DNA from: a virus
Reading direction: 5' to 3' (one strand)
DNA: 64,000 nt
IMG/VR virus record: IMGVR_UViG_3300022074_000002
The position numbers and the translations under genes are program-made. Numbering within the stretch: the stretch's first letter is position 1; every line of letters starts with the position of its first letter. The notes beneath the pieces were generated by a model. It ran no database searches and was not told where the DNA came from. It saw only the letters and a list, made by a program, of their open reading frames with translations. Below, piece after piece: positions 1 through 10,266 of this stretch.

Positions 1-2
1 CA

Positions 3-137
3 TTGCATCGTCTAATTACTTTTGCTTTAGAAAATGGATATGATAAGGATGATAAAGGATACCTAGAGGATATGCAAAGTCAATTTTATGCTATGTTATT
101 AGAATATTCTTTTACTCACATAGAGAGAAATGAATGA
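3..137 (+). CDS. 3' end of a hypothetical protein (5'-truncated by window)
   Basis: Open frame from base 3 (LHRLITFALENGYDKDDKGYLEDMQSQFYAMLLEYSFTHIERNE*), stop overlapping the next ATG. Confidence 0.6.
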   Translation: MHRLITFALENGYDKDDKGYLEDMQSQFYAMLLEYSFTHIERNE

Positions 138-342
138 CATAACCATATTCATATTTGGTCTTAGTTTTGCAGCAGTTGTTGGTGCAACCTTCGCATTTAT
201 GTGGAAGATGACAGGTGCTGTATTAGAAGATGTGAATAAACCACGGAAACCACAGAGAACTGTGCATCCAGAGATGAGAGATGCAAAGGATGGAGATGAG
301 TTATTGGTTTTTAGGGGACTAAAAGACCCTGACGATAAATAA
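130..342 (+). CDS. Small membrane protein, DUF2973-like
   Basis: N-terminal hydrophobic helix followed by VHPEM...DELLVF motif; family recalled from memory. Confidence 0.6.
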   Translation: MNDITIFIFGLSFAAVVGATFAFMWKMTGAVLEDVNKPRKPQRTVHPEMRDAKDGDELLVFRGLKDPDDK

Positions 343-345
343 AGT

Positions 346-1995
346 ATGGCAACTAATGATGTATACCTAGGTAATCCCAACCTAAAGAAGGCGGGTACAC
401 CTATACAGTTTACAAAAAAGCAAGTACAAGAATGGATTAAATGTAAAAAAGATCCAATATATTTTGCTACCCATTATATAAAAATCATTTCTCTTGATGA
501 AGGTCTTGTTCCTTTTGACATGTATGATTTTCAAAAAAGAATATTAGAGGACTTTCATCAAAACAGATTTAATATTGCTAAACTCCCTAGGCAGACAGGT
601 AAGAGTACGACTGTTGTGGCTTACCTTTTATACTATGCTATTTTCTATGATAGTGTTAACATCGGTATACTCGCTAACAAGGCAAGCACTGCAAGGGAAC
701 TACTTGGAAGACTTCAACTAGCATATGAGAATCTACCAAAGTGGATGCAACATGGTATATTAGTATGGAACAAGGGTAATGTCGAACTTGAAAACGGATC
801 AAAAATATTGGCTGCTTCTACGTCTGCTAGTGCAGTTAGAGGTATGTCCTTCAACATTCTATTCCTTGACGAGTTTGCATTCGTCCCTAACCATGTCGCA
901 GAACAATTCTTTGCATCAGTATATCCTACTATTACTTCTGGTAAATCAACTAAAGTCATAATCATATCCACTCCTAATGGTATGAACCACTTCTATAAGA
1001 TGTGGGAGGATGCTAGGAACGATAAGAATGATTATATAACTAATGAAGTTCATTGGTCTCAGGTACCTGGTAGAGATTCCAAGTGGAAAGATGAGACAAT
1101 AAAGAACACATCTAAAAGACAATTTGCACAGGAGTTTGAATGCGACTTCCTAGGATCTGCTGATACACTTATCAGTCCATCCAAATTACAATGCATTCCG
1201 TTCAATGACCCAATTACGAGCAATGCAGGACTTGATGTTTTTGAGAGAGCAAAAGAAGATCACGAATATATTATTACTGTTGATGTTGCCAGAGGAATTG
1301 GTGGCGATTATTCTGCTTTCATCGTGTTTGATATCACCAGTCTCCCGTATAAGATCGTTGCGAAGTACAGAGATAATGAGATTAAACCTGTACTGTTTCC
1401 CTCGGTCATCTTTCAAGTAGCAAAGGAATATCATAATCCTTACATACTTGTCGAGGTAAATGACATAGGAGACTCGATAGCAGCAACACTAAACTATGAT
1501 CTAGAATATCCTAATGTACTCATGTGTGCCATGAGAGGTAGAGCAGGACAGATAGTCGGACAAGGATTCTCAGGTAATAAAACACAGTTAGGTGTTAAGA
1601 TGAGTATCACTGTCAAGAAGATTGGATGTGCCAATCTAAAAGCAATCATAGAAGAAGATAAATTAACTTTTCAAGATTTCGATATTCTTCAAGAACTTAC
1701 TACGTTCATACAAAGAAAGCAAGCATGGGAAGCAGACGAAGGTTACCATGATGACCTTGTTATGTGTATGGTATTGTTTGCATGGTTAGTCATGCAAGAT
1801 TACTTTAAAGAAATGACTGACACAGATGTCAGAAGAAGAATTTATGAAGAACAACGAAATCAAATAGAACAAGACATGGCACCATTTGGTTTTATAGATG
1901 ATGGTATGGGAGATGATACATTTGTAGATGCTGATGGATCATTCTGGTATGGTGATAAGCAAGAAGAAGTAGGATATATGTTGCCTGACTTGTAA
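346..1995 (+). CDS. g17: Terminase large subunit (T4 gp17)
   Basis: YLGNPNLK start, PRQTGKST Walker A, ILFLDEFAF Walker B, VDVARG and DDLVM nuclease motifs. Confidence 0.98.
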   Translation: MATNDVYLGNPNLKKAGTPIQFTKKQVQEWIKCKKDPIYFATHYIKIISLDEGLVPFDMYDFQKRILEDFHQNRFNIAKLPRQTGKSTTVVAYLLYYAIFYDSVNIGILANKASTARELLGRLQLAYENLPKWMQHGILVWNKGNVELENGSKILAASTSASAVRGMSFNILFLDEFAFVPNHVAEQFFASVYPTITSGKSTKVIIISTPNGMNHFYKMWEDARNDKNDYITNEVHWSQVPGRDSKWKDETIKNTSKRQFAQEFECDFLGSADTLISPSKLQCIPFNDPITSNAGLDVFERAKEDHEYIITVDVARGIGGDYSAFIVFDITSLPYKIVAKYRDNEIKPVLFPSVIFQVAKEYHNPYILVEVNDIGDSIAATLNYDLEYPNVLMCAMRGRAGQIVGQGFSGNKTQLGVKMSITVKKIGCANLKAIIEEDKLTFQDFDILQELTTFIQRKQAWEADEGYHDDLVMCMVLFAWLVMQDYFKEMTDTDVRRRIYEEQRNQIEQDMAPFGFIDDGMGDDTFVDADGSFWYGDKQEEVGYMLPDL

Positions 1996-2225
1996 TGGAT
2001 CTTGAGAATCAATTTGAATTAGAACATTTATTATTTAAAGAAAGGAGATGTAGGACATGTAATCAGATCAAGAATCTACTGGAAGATTTTTACATGTCAA
2101 GAAAACAAAAGAAAGGTTTACCATCTGCATATTCTTACGAGTGTAAGGACTGTACGATTAAAAGAATAGTAGCAAAAAGAAAAAGTAAAAAGAAAATAAA
2201 GGAAGGTAACTATCCAGACTGGTAG
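1995..2225 (+). CDS. Small Zn-finger protein (CxxC...CxxC)
   Basis: CRTC and CKDC pairs, basic C-terminus; TAATG overlap with g17 stop. Confidence 0.7.
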   Translation: MDLENQFELEHLLFKERRCRTCNQIKNLLEDFYMSRKQKKGLPSAYSYECKDCTIKRIVAKRKSKKKIKEGNYPDW

Positions 2226-2266
2226 AGTGTTCGTGTGTTGTTTCCCCTGTGGAGTGATGGAAATCT

Positions 2267-2273
2267 CTAAATA
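2267..2273 (+). promoter_or_regulatory. T4-type late promoter (CTAAATA)
   Basis: TAAATA core in the intergenic gap upstream of g18. Confidence 0.65.
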
Positions 2274-2309
2274 CTTTTAGATAAAATGATATCTTAGAGG
2301 TAAAATTAA

Positions 2310-4226
2310 ATGGCAAGTCAAGTCTCGCCTGGTGTTGTTATTAGAGAACGTGATCTATCTACTGGTGTCTTGGTTGGTGTTTCTGGTCTTCGTGCTGGAT
2401 TCGCATCATCATTTCGCAGTGGACCTGTAGGCAAAATTACAAATATAGGATCTGAAAGAGAATTAATTAATACTTTCGGAGCACCAGCTGAGGCAAACGC
2501 TGCAGACTGGTTAGTAGCAGCAGAGTATCTCCGCTATGGTGGATCTCTTGCGGTTGTTCGTGCAGCAACTGGCGTATTAAACGCAACTGAAGATGGTTCA
2601 GCAGTATTAGTCGGATCAAAAGAAGATTACGATGCTGGTGCTGGTTCATCAGAAAAGTTTATTGCTCGTACTGCTGGTGCAGACGGAAACAATCTTTATG
2701 TTGTTGTAGTGGACAAAGGTCCTGATTTCACAATTACAACTGCATCAGCTCACGGTTTAAGTGTTGGTGGTACATACACTGACGATGCTGCTGTTGGACA
2801 TGAAGTTGTAGAAGTTGTTAGTACAACACAGGTCAGAATTATTCAAGGAAGTGCTGCTCCTACTCCAGCTGCTGGAGATACATCTGCTGCATTCACTAAT
2901 TCAATGTGGAACGCAACTGCAATTGGATCAACTGGTTTAACATATAAAGAAATAGGTCCTAGACCAGGTAGTTCAGCATTTGCAACAGAGCGTTATATCT
3001 CAATGGATGAGGTACACCTTGCAATTATTGACACTTCAACAAATACAGTTGTTGAGAGAATGACATATCTCTCTAAGATATCAGACGCTAAATCACCAGA
3101 GGGTGCTTCAATTTATTGGAAGAATTATGTAAATGAATATTCTAATTACATTTACGCTAGTGCATTAACATCTGCTGAGTTTACTACACTAGGAGAAGAT
3201 CCTGGTGCTGCTGTTGCATCTTATGGTGCTACATCTGCTGCTCCTATTAAGATCGCAAGAATTCTTAAGACTGCTGGTGGTGCATTATCAGGCGGTACTG
3301 ATGATTACGCATATACTACAGGAGAAATCGCTGCAGCATATTCACTATTCCAAGACACAGAAGAAACATCACTTGATTTTGTTATCATGGGTGGATCAAT
3401 GGGTTCTGAGGCAGACACACTTGTTAAGGCGGGTGCTGTTGCTTCTGTAGCAAACACAAGAAAAGATTGCATAGCATTCATTTCACCATGGAACGGTACT
3501 CAGATTGCTAGTTCTGGTAACGTTGCATTAACTCCTGCACAACAATTAGAAAAGACTATTGATTTCTTCTCTAGTATTGGTTCTAGTTCTTATGTTGTTA
3601 AGGATAGTGGAATCAAATACACATATGACAGATTTAACGACAAGTATTGTTATATCGGCACCAATGGTGACATTGCTGGTTTATGTGTTTCTACTTCTAT
3701 TATTGGTGACGACTGGATTTCTCCAGCAGGAACATCTAGAGGTGGACTACAGAATGTAGTTAAACTTGCATTCAATCCTAACAAAGCAGCAAGAGATGAT
3801 CTTTATACTTCAGCAATTAACCCTGTTGTAGCATTTCCTGGTTCAGGTCCTATCCTATTTGGTGATAAGACTGCACTTGCTTCTCCATCTGCATTTGATC
3901 GCATCAACGTAAGACGTCTCTTCCTTAATATAGAGAAGAGAGCAAGAGTTCTTGCGGAAGGTGTATTGTTTGAGCAGAACGATACTATCACTCGTTCAAG
4001 TTTCAATGCTGCACTTAGTGGATATCTAAGTGAAATTCAAGCACGTAGAGGAGTAACAGACTACTTAGTTGTTTGTGATGAAACAAACAATACTCCAGAG
4101 GTCATAGATAGAAATGAGTTTGTCGCAGAAGTATTTGTGAAACCAACTCGCTCTATCAACTATGTAACTGTGACTGTTACAGCAACGAAGACAGGTGTTA
4201 ATTTCACCGAAGTCGTTGGTAGATAA
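2310..4226 (+). CDS. g18: Tail sheath protein (gp18)
   Basis: SPGVVIRERD start; FGDKT, FDRINVRRLF, KPTRSINY motifs. Confidence 0.97.
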   Translation: MASQVSPGVVIRERDLSTGVLVGVSGLRAGFASSFRSGPVGKITNIGSERELINTFGAPAEANAADWLVAAEYLRYGGSLAVVRAATGVLNATEDGSAVLVGSKEDYDAGAGSSEKFIARTAGADGNNLYVVVVDKGPDFTITTASAHGLSVGGTYTDDAAVGHEVVEVVSTTQVRIIQGSAAPTPAAGDTSAAFTNSMWNATAIGSTGLTYKEIGPRPGSSAFATERYISMDEVHLAIIDTSTNTVVERMTYLSKISDAKSPEGASIYWKNYVNEYSNYIYASALTSAEFTTLGEDPGAAVASYGATSAAPIKIARILKTAGGALSGGTDDYAYTTGEIAAAYSLFQDTEETSLDFVIMGGSMGSEADTLVKAGAVASVANTRKDCIAFISPWNGTQIASSGNVALTPAQQLEKTIDFFSSIGSSSYVVKDSGIKYTYDRFNDKYCYIGTNGDIAGLCVSTSIIGDDWISPAGTSRGGLQNVVKLAFNPNKAARDDLYTSAINPVVAFPGSGPILFGDKTALASPSAFDRINVRRLFLNIEKRARVLAEGVLFEQNDTITRSSFNAALSGYLSEIQARRGVTDYLVVCDETNNTPEVIDRNEFVAEVFVKPTRSINYVTVTVTATKTGVNFTEVVGR

Positions 4227-4247
4227 TTAAACAAAAGGTAAAAACAA

Positions 4248-4916
4248 ATGGCAACTAACAACGTATCTTCGTTCCTCCAAGTCATTGGTCAAGGCGTTAA
4301 GCCTAATATGTTCAATGTGGACATCCAATTTCCTGCTGGTTTTAATGATGCAACAATCAATGATCTCGCAGGAGGAGAACTAGCATCTGAGGGTGCTGGT
4401 GGTAATAACGGTAAAGAATTAACTTCTATTCTTTGCAAGTCCGCAGCATTACCAGGATCAAACTTGGGTGTAATCGAAGTTCCTTTTAGAGGTAGAACAG
4501 TTAAAATCGCTGGTGATCGCACCTTCGATACATGGACTGCTACATTCTTTAACGATAAAAACTTCAAGATCCGTGCTCTATTTGAGCAGTGGGCAAATGA
4601 AATCAATACACACGCTGGCAACACTGCTGAAAGATTTCTTCCAGATGCTAGTGGTGATGGTTACATGGCAAATCTTTTTGTTACTCAATTAGAAAAAGAT
4701 CAGACTGGTAGTGGTTCTGCAATAAGAACATATCAGTTACATCATTGCTTCCCAACTAACGTTTCTCAAATTGATCTTGCATATGATAGCAACGATCAGA
4801 TTGAAGAGTTTAGTGTTGAATGGCAGTATTCATACTTTACTGCAGAGAAAGCAAAAGGTGGATCACAGAATCCAGCGTCTAATAGATCTGAAGTAGCAAC
4901 TGGAAAAGTCATATAA
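4248..4916 (+). CDS. g19: Tail tube protein (gp19)
   Basis: VPFRGRTVKIAGDRTFDTW, IEEFSVEWQY; position after g18. Confidence 0.96.
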   Translation: MATNNVSSFLQVIGQGVKPNMFNVDIQFPAGFNDATINDLAGGELASEGAGGNNGKELTSILCKSAALPGSNLGVIEVPFRGRTVKIAGDRTFDTWTATFFNDKNFKIRALFEQWANEINTHAGNTAERFLPDASGDGYMANLFVTQLEKDQTGSGSAIRTYQLHHCFPTNVSQIDLAYDSNDQIEEFSVEWQYSYFTAEKAKGGSQNPASNRSEVATGKVI

Positions 4917-4925
4917 TTAACTCTG

Positions 4926-4938
4926 CTAAATATAAGTA
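4926..4938 (+). promoter_or_regulatory. Late promoter (CTAAATA)
   Basis: TAAATATAAGTA; identical 12-mer recurs at 10272-10283. Confidence 0.65.
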
Positions 4939-4961
4939 AGAGCACTATTATGACTAGGTAG

Positions 4962-6656
4962 ATGAGTCAATTATTTGGTTTCCAAATACAACGTAAGGAG
5001 GGAAAGAAGGGTCAGTCCCCTGTCCCTCCTAATGCTGAGGAGTCGATTGCTGTAGCAGCAGGAGGCTACTATGGAACGTATGTGGACACGGACAATCAAG
5101 CTCGTAATGAGTATGAGATGATCCGTCGTTATCGTGACATGGCACTACACCCTGAGGTGGACAGTGCGGTTGACGAGGTAGTAAACGAGTTTGTTGTGAG
5201 CGATGCTCATGACACTCCTGTTGAAGTAAATTTAGATAACCTTGATGCTGGAATGAGTATCAAGAAAAAAATAAGAGATGAGTTTGAATATCTCAAAAGA
5301 CTTTTAAACTTTGACAATCGAGCACATGAGATTGTCAGATCTTGGTATATTGATGGAAGATTATATTATCATAAAGTTATAGACCTAGAGAATCCTAAGA
5401 AAGGTATTACGGAACTTCGTTATATTGATCCTATGAAGATCAAGAAGGTTCGTCAAAAACTTGACCAGAAAAAGAACTTAGATTCATTGCAAAAACAGGC
5501 AATGAAAGGTACAGCATTAGAGTACGAGTACGGAACATTTGTAGATTACTATCTTTATAATCCTAAGGGTTTTTATAAAGGTGGTGTTTTAGGACCTGTT
5601 GGTGACATGTCATTGTCACAAGGTGTCAAGATGGCAATAGATTCTATTACATTCTGCCCTTCTGGACTACAAGATTTAAACAAGAGAATGACTCTTGGTT
5701 TCCTACACAAGGCAATCAAAGCGATCAATCAACTTAGAATGATTGAAGACTCTCTAGTTATATACAGACTTTCTCGTGCACCAGAGCGTAGAATATTTTA
5801 TATTGACGTAGGTAATCTTCCAAAGGTAAAGGCAGAACAATATCTCCGTGACGTCATGGCACGTTATCGTAATAAGTTAGTTTACGATTCCAGTACTGGA
5901 GAGATGCGTGACGATAAAAAGCACATGAGTATGCTAGAAGATTTCTGGTTACCACGTAGAGAAGGTGGTAGAGGAACAGAGATTACTACATTACCAGGTG
6001 GTCAAAACCTAGGTGAACTCAAAGACGTTGAGTATTTTAAAAAGAAATTATACAACAGTTTGAACTTACCTCCATCTCGTCTTACAGATGACAACAAAGG
6101 ATTTAATCTAGGTAAGACAACTGAAGTTCTCCGTGACGAACTTAAGTTTACTAAGTTCATTGGTCGTCTCCGTAAAAGGTTTAGTGAGATGTTCCAAGAT
6201 ATGCTTAAGACTCAACTGATCTTAAAAGGAGTTATTGCTCCAGAAGATTGGGAAGATATGAAAGAGCATATACAGTATGACTTCTTATTCGACAATCACT
6301 TCAATGAATTAAAAAACATTGAGATGTTTAACCAACGTATAGCAACTGTCACACAGATGGATCCTTTCGTTGGCAAGTACTTCTCCGTGGCACACATTCG
6401 TAAGGAAGTTCTTGGTCAAACCAACAAGGATATGCGAGAGTTAGATAAGGAGATGCAGCAAGAGATTGATCAAGGTATTGTTATGTCGCCACAAGATGTG
6501 AATACATTTGATACTATGGATCGTCAAAACACTGCTTTCCAACCAGAACTTCAAGCACAAGCAGCTGATGATGCTGTAGAAAGAGAGATAGATAAGGAAA
6601 AACGTAGACCTAAACCACCAGTTTCCGCATCTCAACCATCCAATAATAATAAATAA
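4962..6656 (+). CDS. g20: Portal vertex protein (gp20)
   Basis: IYRLSRAPERRIFYIDVGNLPK, EDFWLPRREGGRGTEI motifs. Confidence 0.98.
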   Translation: MSQLFGFQIQRKEGKKGQSPVPPNAEESIAVAAGGYYGTYVDTDNQARNEYEMIRRYRDMALHPEVDSAVDEVVNEFVVSDAHDTPVEVNLDNLDAGMSIKKKIRDEFEYLKRLLNFDNRAHEIVRSWYIDGRLYYHKVIDLENPKKGITELRYIDPMKIKKVRQKLDQKKNLDSLQKQAMKGTALEYEYGTFVDYYLYNPKGFYKGGVLGPVGDMSLSQGVKMAIDSITFCPSGLQDLNKRMTLGFLHKAIKAINQLRMIEDSLVIYRLSRAPERRIFYIDVGNLPKVKAEQYLRDVMARYRNKLVYDSSTGEMRDDKKHMSMLEDFWLPRREGGRGTEITTLPGGQNLGELKDVEYFKKKLYNSLNLPPSRLTDDNKGFNLGKTTEVLRDELKFTKFIGRLRKRFSEMFQDMLKTQLILKGVIAPEDWEDMKEHIQYDFLFDNHFNELKNIEMFNQRIATVTQMDPFVGKYFSVAHIRKEVLGQTNKDMRELDKEMQQEIDQGIVMSPQDVNTFDTMDRQNTAFQPELQAQAADDAVEREIDKEKRRPKPPVSASQPSNNNK

Positions 6657-6675
6657 TAATTGCTACAAGAATATT

Positions 6676-6900
6676 ATGACTGAAAATACAGATGTTAATA
6701 AAGAACTTGGTTCTGTAGATATTGTCGATAAGATTGACAATAACCAACGAGCGTCTGCTATTGATGCTATCCACGACTTGTTATTTGGCAAAGCTTCACA
6801 AGCAATGGCAGATTATAAGAAAGTGGTTGCCAATACATTCTTTGATGAACCAACCGAGACAGAGATACCAAACAATGAAACTGATAACGGAAACGATTGA
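6676..6900 (+). CDS. Small acidic prohead core protein (gp67/gp68 position)
   Basis: Size, acidity and synteny between g20 and g21. Confidence 0.6.
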   Translation: MTENTDVNKELGSVDIVDKIDNNQRASAIDAIHDLLFGKASQAMADYKKVVANTFFDEPTETEIPNNETDNGND

Positions 6901-7519
6901 AGACGTTAAACTCGTAACAGAGGAAAAAAACGGAAAGAAACTTCTTTATATTGAAGGAGTGTTCTTACAATCTGAGTTAAAAAATCGCAATGGTCGTATG
7001 TACCCCTTCACTGTTCTTGACCGTGAGGTTAAGAGATATAATGAAGAGTATGTACAATCTAAACGTGCTCTCGGTGAACTTGGACATCCCGATGGTCCTA
7101 CTATCAATCTTGATAGAGTGTCTCATAGAATTACTTCACTCAGAGCAGAGGGAAATAATTTTATTGGCAAGGCACAAATTTTAGACACACCAATGGGTAA
7201 CATTGCTAAGAACTTACTTGGCGAAGGTGTTCAGTTGGGTGTTTCCTCACGTGGTATGGGAAGCATCGACAAGACAGAAAGTTGCAATGTTGTGCGTGAT
7301 GACTTCATGCTCACCACTGCTGCAGACATAGTAGCAGACCCCTCCGCACCTGATGCTTTCGTTAATGGAATCATGGAAGGTAAAGAATGGGTTTGGTGTA
7401 ACGGTATACTAAAGGAAACTGAAGTTGCTAAATATAAAAAGATAATGAGCGACGCAAGTCGCAATGATGTAGAGGCAAAAACGCTCCAAGTTTTTGAGCA
7501 TTTCCTCTCAAATCTTTGA
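6875..7519 (+). CDS. g21: Prohead protease (gp21)
   Basis: Start reassigned to MKLITE at 6875; GELGHP, GVSSRGMGS, DIVADPSAPDA motifs. Confidence 0.96.
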   Translation: MKLITETIEDVKLVTEEKNGKKLLYIEGVFLQSELKNRNGRMYPFTVLDREVKRYNEEYVQSKRALGELGHPDGPTINLDRVSHRITSLRAEGNNFIGKAQILDTPMGNIAKNLLGEGVQLGVSSRGMGSIDKTESCNVVRDDFMLTTAADIVADPSAPDAFVNGIMEGKEWVWCNGILKETEVAKYKKIMSDASRNDVEAKTLQVFEHFLSNL

Positions 7520-7522
7520 TTC

Positions 7523-7530
7523 TATAAATA
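7523..7530 (+). promoter_or_regulatory. Late promoter, perfect TATAAATA
   Basis: Exact T4 gp55 consensus upstream of g22. Confidence 0.85.
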
Positions 7531-7570
7531 ATTCATATCACTATACGGAAAATTATTAAGGTAAACTCTA

Positions 7571-8749
7571 ATGTCAGATAAACTTAACGAAAAATTTGAG
7601 GAGTTTGCTACCGAGCAAAAAGTGACTATCGTGGAAGGCGACCCTATGCCGACTGTTTCCGCAAACGTCATACCAGGCACAGGTAGCGAACCATCTCAGG
7701 TTTCTGATGCACAGACATCAAATGGTGGCGGGAAAGATCCTATGCCAACAGTTGATGCTGGTAAATCATATGGACAGTCTGCTCCTGCAGATTTAGGTGG
7801 TACATCCACCACTCCTAATGAGCACGATGATGATGGTGAAGAGAATCCAGGTGCTAAGGCAGCCGCTCCAGTAGGAGATAAGGCAGCACAAAGCGATGGA
7901 TCTGCTCAGACATCTAACATTGGAGATGCTGGTGATCAGGGTACACAACCTACAGTTGGTGCAGATGCTGCATACGGAACTGGTACAGGTTCTAGTGTAA
8001 CCTATCCAATCAAACCATCATACGAAGACCTTGATGTTTCCGATGATGTCAATGCCCTATTAGAGGGAACAGAACTCTCAAAAGAGTTTGCTGAGAAAGC
8101 GAAGACTATCTTTGAAGCAGCAATCAAAGCAAAACTCAACGAAGAGTACGACAAGCTTGTAGAACACTTTGCTACAGAACTCGAAAAGCAAGTAGATACT
8201 GCTAAGGCAGAGCTTTCCGAGGAAGTAAATGGCACAGTTAACTACGCCATAGGTCAATGGATGGAGACTAATCAAGTAGCCGTTGATCGTGGAATCAGAA
8301 ATGAGATCACAGAAGACTTCATTGCGGGTCTAAAGGGTCTCTTTGAGGAGCACTACATTTCTATCCCAGACGAGAAAGTCGATGTGGTAGAAGGTATGGC
8401 TGACTCTATTCGTGAAATGGAATCACGCCTTGACGAACAGGTCAAAGCTAATGTGAAATTACAAAAGCGTCTTGACGAATCTGCAAGAACAGTTATTCTG
8501 AAGAATGTTTCAGAAGGACTAGCAGATACTCAGAAGGACAAACTCGCTGCACTCGCTGAGAGTCTAGAGTTTACATCTGAAGAGGAATTCTCTAAGAAGG
8601 TTACTACCATCAAGGAGTCTTACTTTACAGAAAAAACTGTAACACCAAGTGAAGTTGCAGACGAAACTCCAGTATTAGGAGCATCAGATAAGGATATTAG
8701 TCCAGCAATGGCACAGTATCTTGATGCGATGAATCGTTGGGGTCAATAA
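7571..8749 (+). CDS. g22: Prohead scaffolding protein (gp22) with low-complexity N-terminal extension
   Basis: KAKTIFEAA, LKGLFEEHYI motifs; position before g23. Confidence 0.92.
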   Translation: MSDKLNEKFEEFATEQKVTIVEGDPMPTVSANVIPGTGSEPSQVSDAQTSNGGGKDPMPTVDAGKSYGQSAPADLGGTSTTPNEHDDDGEENPGAKAAAPVGDKAAQSDGSAQTSNIGDAGDQGTQPTVGADAAYGTGTGSSVTYPIKPSYEDLDVSDDVNALLEGTELSKEFAEKAKTIFEAAIKAKLNEEYDKLVEHFATELEKQVDTAKAELSEEVNGTVNYAIGQWMETNQVAVDRGIRNEITEDFIAGLKGLFEEHYISIPDEKVDVVEGMADSIREMESRLDEQVKANVKLQKRLDESARTVILKNVSEGLADTQKDKLAALAESLEFTSEEEFSKKVTTIKESYFTEKTVTPSEVADETPVLGASDKDISPAMAQYLDAMNRWGQ

Positions 8750-8780
8750 ATTATAAATCTATTTTTCTTAAAAGAGCAAA

Positions 8781-10202
8781 ATGTTTAACTCAAAAGCTCT
8801 AACAGAGAAGTGGTCACCTGTTCTAAGTCATGAAGGTGCTGGCACCATCAAAGACAATTATAGAAAAGCTGTTACCGCTGTTTTGTTAGAAAACACAGAG
8901 GCTACATTAAGAGAAGAACGTGGAATGATCAATGAAGCATCCAACACAGTTGGTGCCATTGGTACAAGCGGTCTATCTGGTAGTGGTCTTGCTACAAATA
9001 CAGGTGGTCTAGCTGGTTTCGATCCAGTGATGATTAGCCTCATCCGTCGTGCTATGCCAAACTTGGTAGCATACGACATCTGTGGTGTACAACCAATGAG
9101 CGGTCCTACAGGACTAATCTTTGCAATGAAGTCACACTATCAGCAAAATGGATCTGCACTAAGAGCTGGAAACGAAGCACTCTTCAACGAACCAGATCCT
9201 AACTTCTCTGGTAACACACAAGGACCTGCTGCATTCAACGACCCTGCATCTCCTCTTGGAGACGGTGGTTCAACAGATGCTAACCCAGGTTTACTTAACG
9301 ATACATCTGGTGGTGGTACAACTGCTGGTAACTACGAGCGTACTGCTGGTAATATCGCTAGAGAAGACGCCGAAGTTCTAGGTTCTGGATCTACTCTCTT
9401 CAACGAGATGAGTTTCAGTATAGAGAAAACTTCTGTTACTGCTAAAACAAGAGCACTAAAGGCAGAGTACACTCTAGAACTAGCACAAGACTTGAAAGCA
9501 ATTCACGGTCTTGATGCAGAGCAGGAACTTGCTAACTTACTATCAAGTGAGATCCTTGCTGAAATCAACCGTGAGGTTGTTAGAACTGTTTATACAGTTG
9601 CTAAGTCAGGTGCACAAAACAACGTTGCAAACGCTGGTGTATTTGATCTAGACGTAGATAGTAACGGAAGATGGTCAGTTGAGAAATTCAAAGGACTTAT
9701 GTTCCAAATCGAAAGAGATGCAAACGCAATCGCACAGCAAACTCGTAGAGGAAAGGGTAACTTTATCCTAACATCTGCAGACGTTGCTTCTGCTCTTGCT
9801 ATGTCTGGTACTCTAGACTACTCTTCTGGTTTAACAGGTGCTGGTGGTCCTTCAATTGGTGAAGTAGACGACACAGGTAACCTTTTAGTTGGTACAATGA
9901 ATGGTCGCATCAAAGTTTATGTTGACCCTTACTCAGCAAACGTATCTAATACACACTACTATGTTGTAGGATACAAAGGTACATCACCTTACGATGCTGG
10001 ATTATTCTATTGTCCATATGTGCCCCTACAGATGTTAAGAAGCATCGACCCATCTACCTTCCAACCAAAAATTGGTTTCAAGACTAGATACGGTATGGTT
10101 GCTAACCCATTTGTACTTAACGGAAGCACTCCTGATGCTGAAGCTCTTACACACGGTAAGAACCAGTACTACAGAAGAGTTAGAGTAGCAAATCTAACAT
10201 AA
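8781..10202 (+). CDS. g23: Major capsid protein (gp23)
   Basis: GVQPMSGPTGLIFAM, RALKAEYTLELAQDLKAIHGLDAE, QPKIGFKTRYG. Confidence 0.99.
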   Translation: MFNSKALTEKWSPVLSHEGAGTIKDNYRKAVTAVLLENTEATLREERGMINEASNTVGAIGTSGLSGSGLATNTGGLAGFDPVMISLIRRAMPNLVAYDICGVQPMSGPTGLIFAMKSHYQQNGSALRAGNEALFNEPDPNFSGNTQGPAAFNDPASPLGDGGSTDANPGLLNDTSGGGTTAGNYERTAGNIAREDAEVLGSGSTLFNEMSFSIEKTSVTAKTRALKAEYTLELAQDLKAIHGLDAEQELANLLSSEILAEINREVVRTVYTVAKSGAQNNVANAGVFDLDVDSNGRWSVEKFKGLMFQIERDANAIAQQTRRGKGNFILTSADVASALAMSGTLDYSSGLTGAGGPSIGEVDDTGNLLVGTMNGRIKVYVDPYSANVSNTHYYVVGYKGTSPYDAGLFYCPYVPLQMLRSIDPSTFQPKIGFKTRYGMVANPFVLNGSTPDAEALTHGKNQYYRRVRVANLT

Positions 10203-10240
10203 GTGTGGAAAACTCCCTAACATTGTTAGGAAACACAAAC

Positions 10241-10266
10241 AGGGATCCTACGGGATCCCTTTTTTT
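10241..10266 (+). terminator. Rho-independent terminator after g23
   Basis: AGGGATCC-TACG-GGATCCCT 8-bp stem with cUACGg tetraloop, then a T run. Confidence 0.92.

Noticed and set aside
36-75. GATA/GGAT short repeats at the window start
   Set aside because: Simply encode GYDKDDKGY in the truncated first ORF
6722-6874. Long N-terminal extensions given by the ORF track for g21 (also g55 from 13766, hsp20 from 28189, g62 from 27112)
   Set aside because: They overlap upstream genes or promoters; downstream ATGs match family starts and RBS/promoter positions
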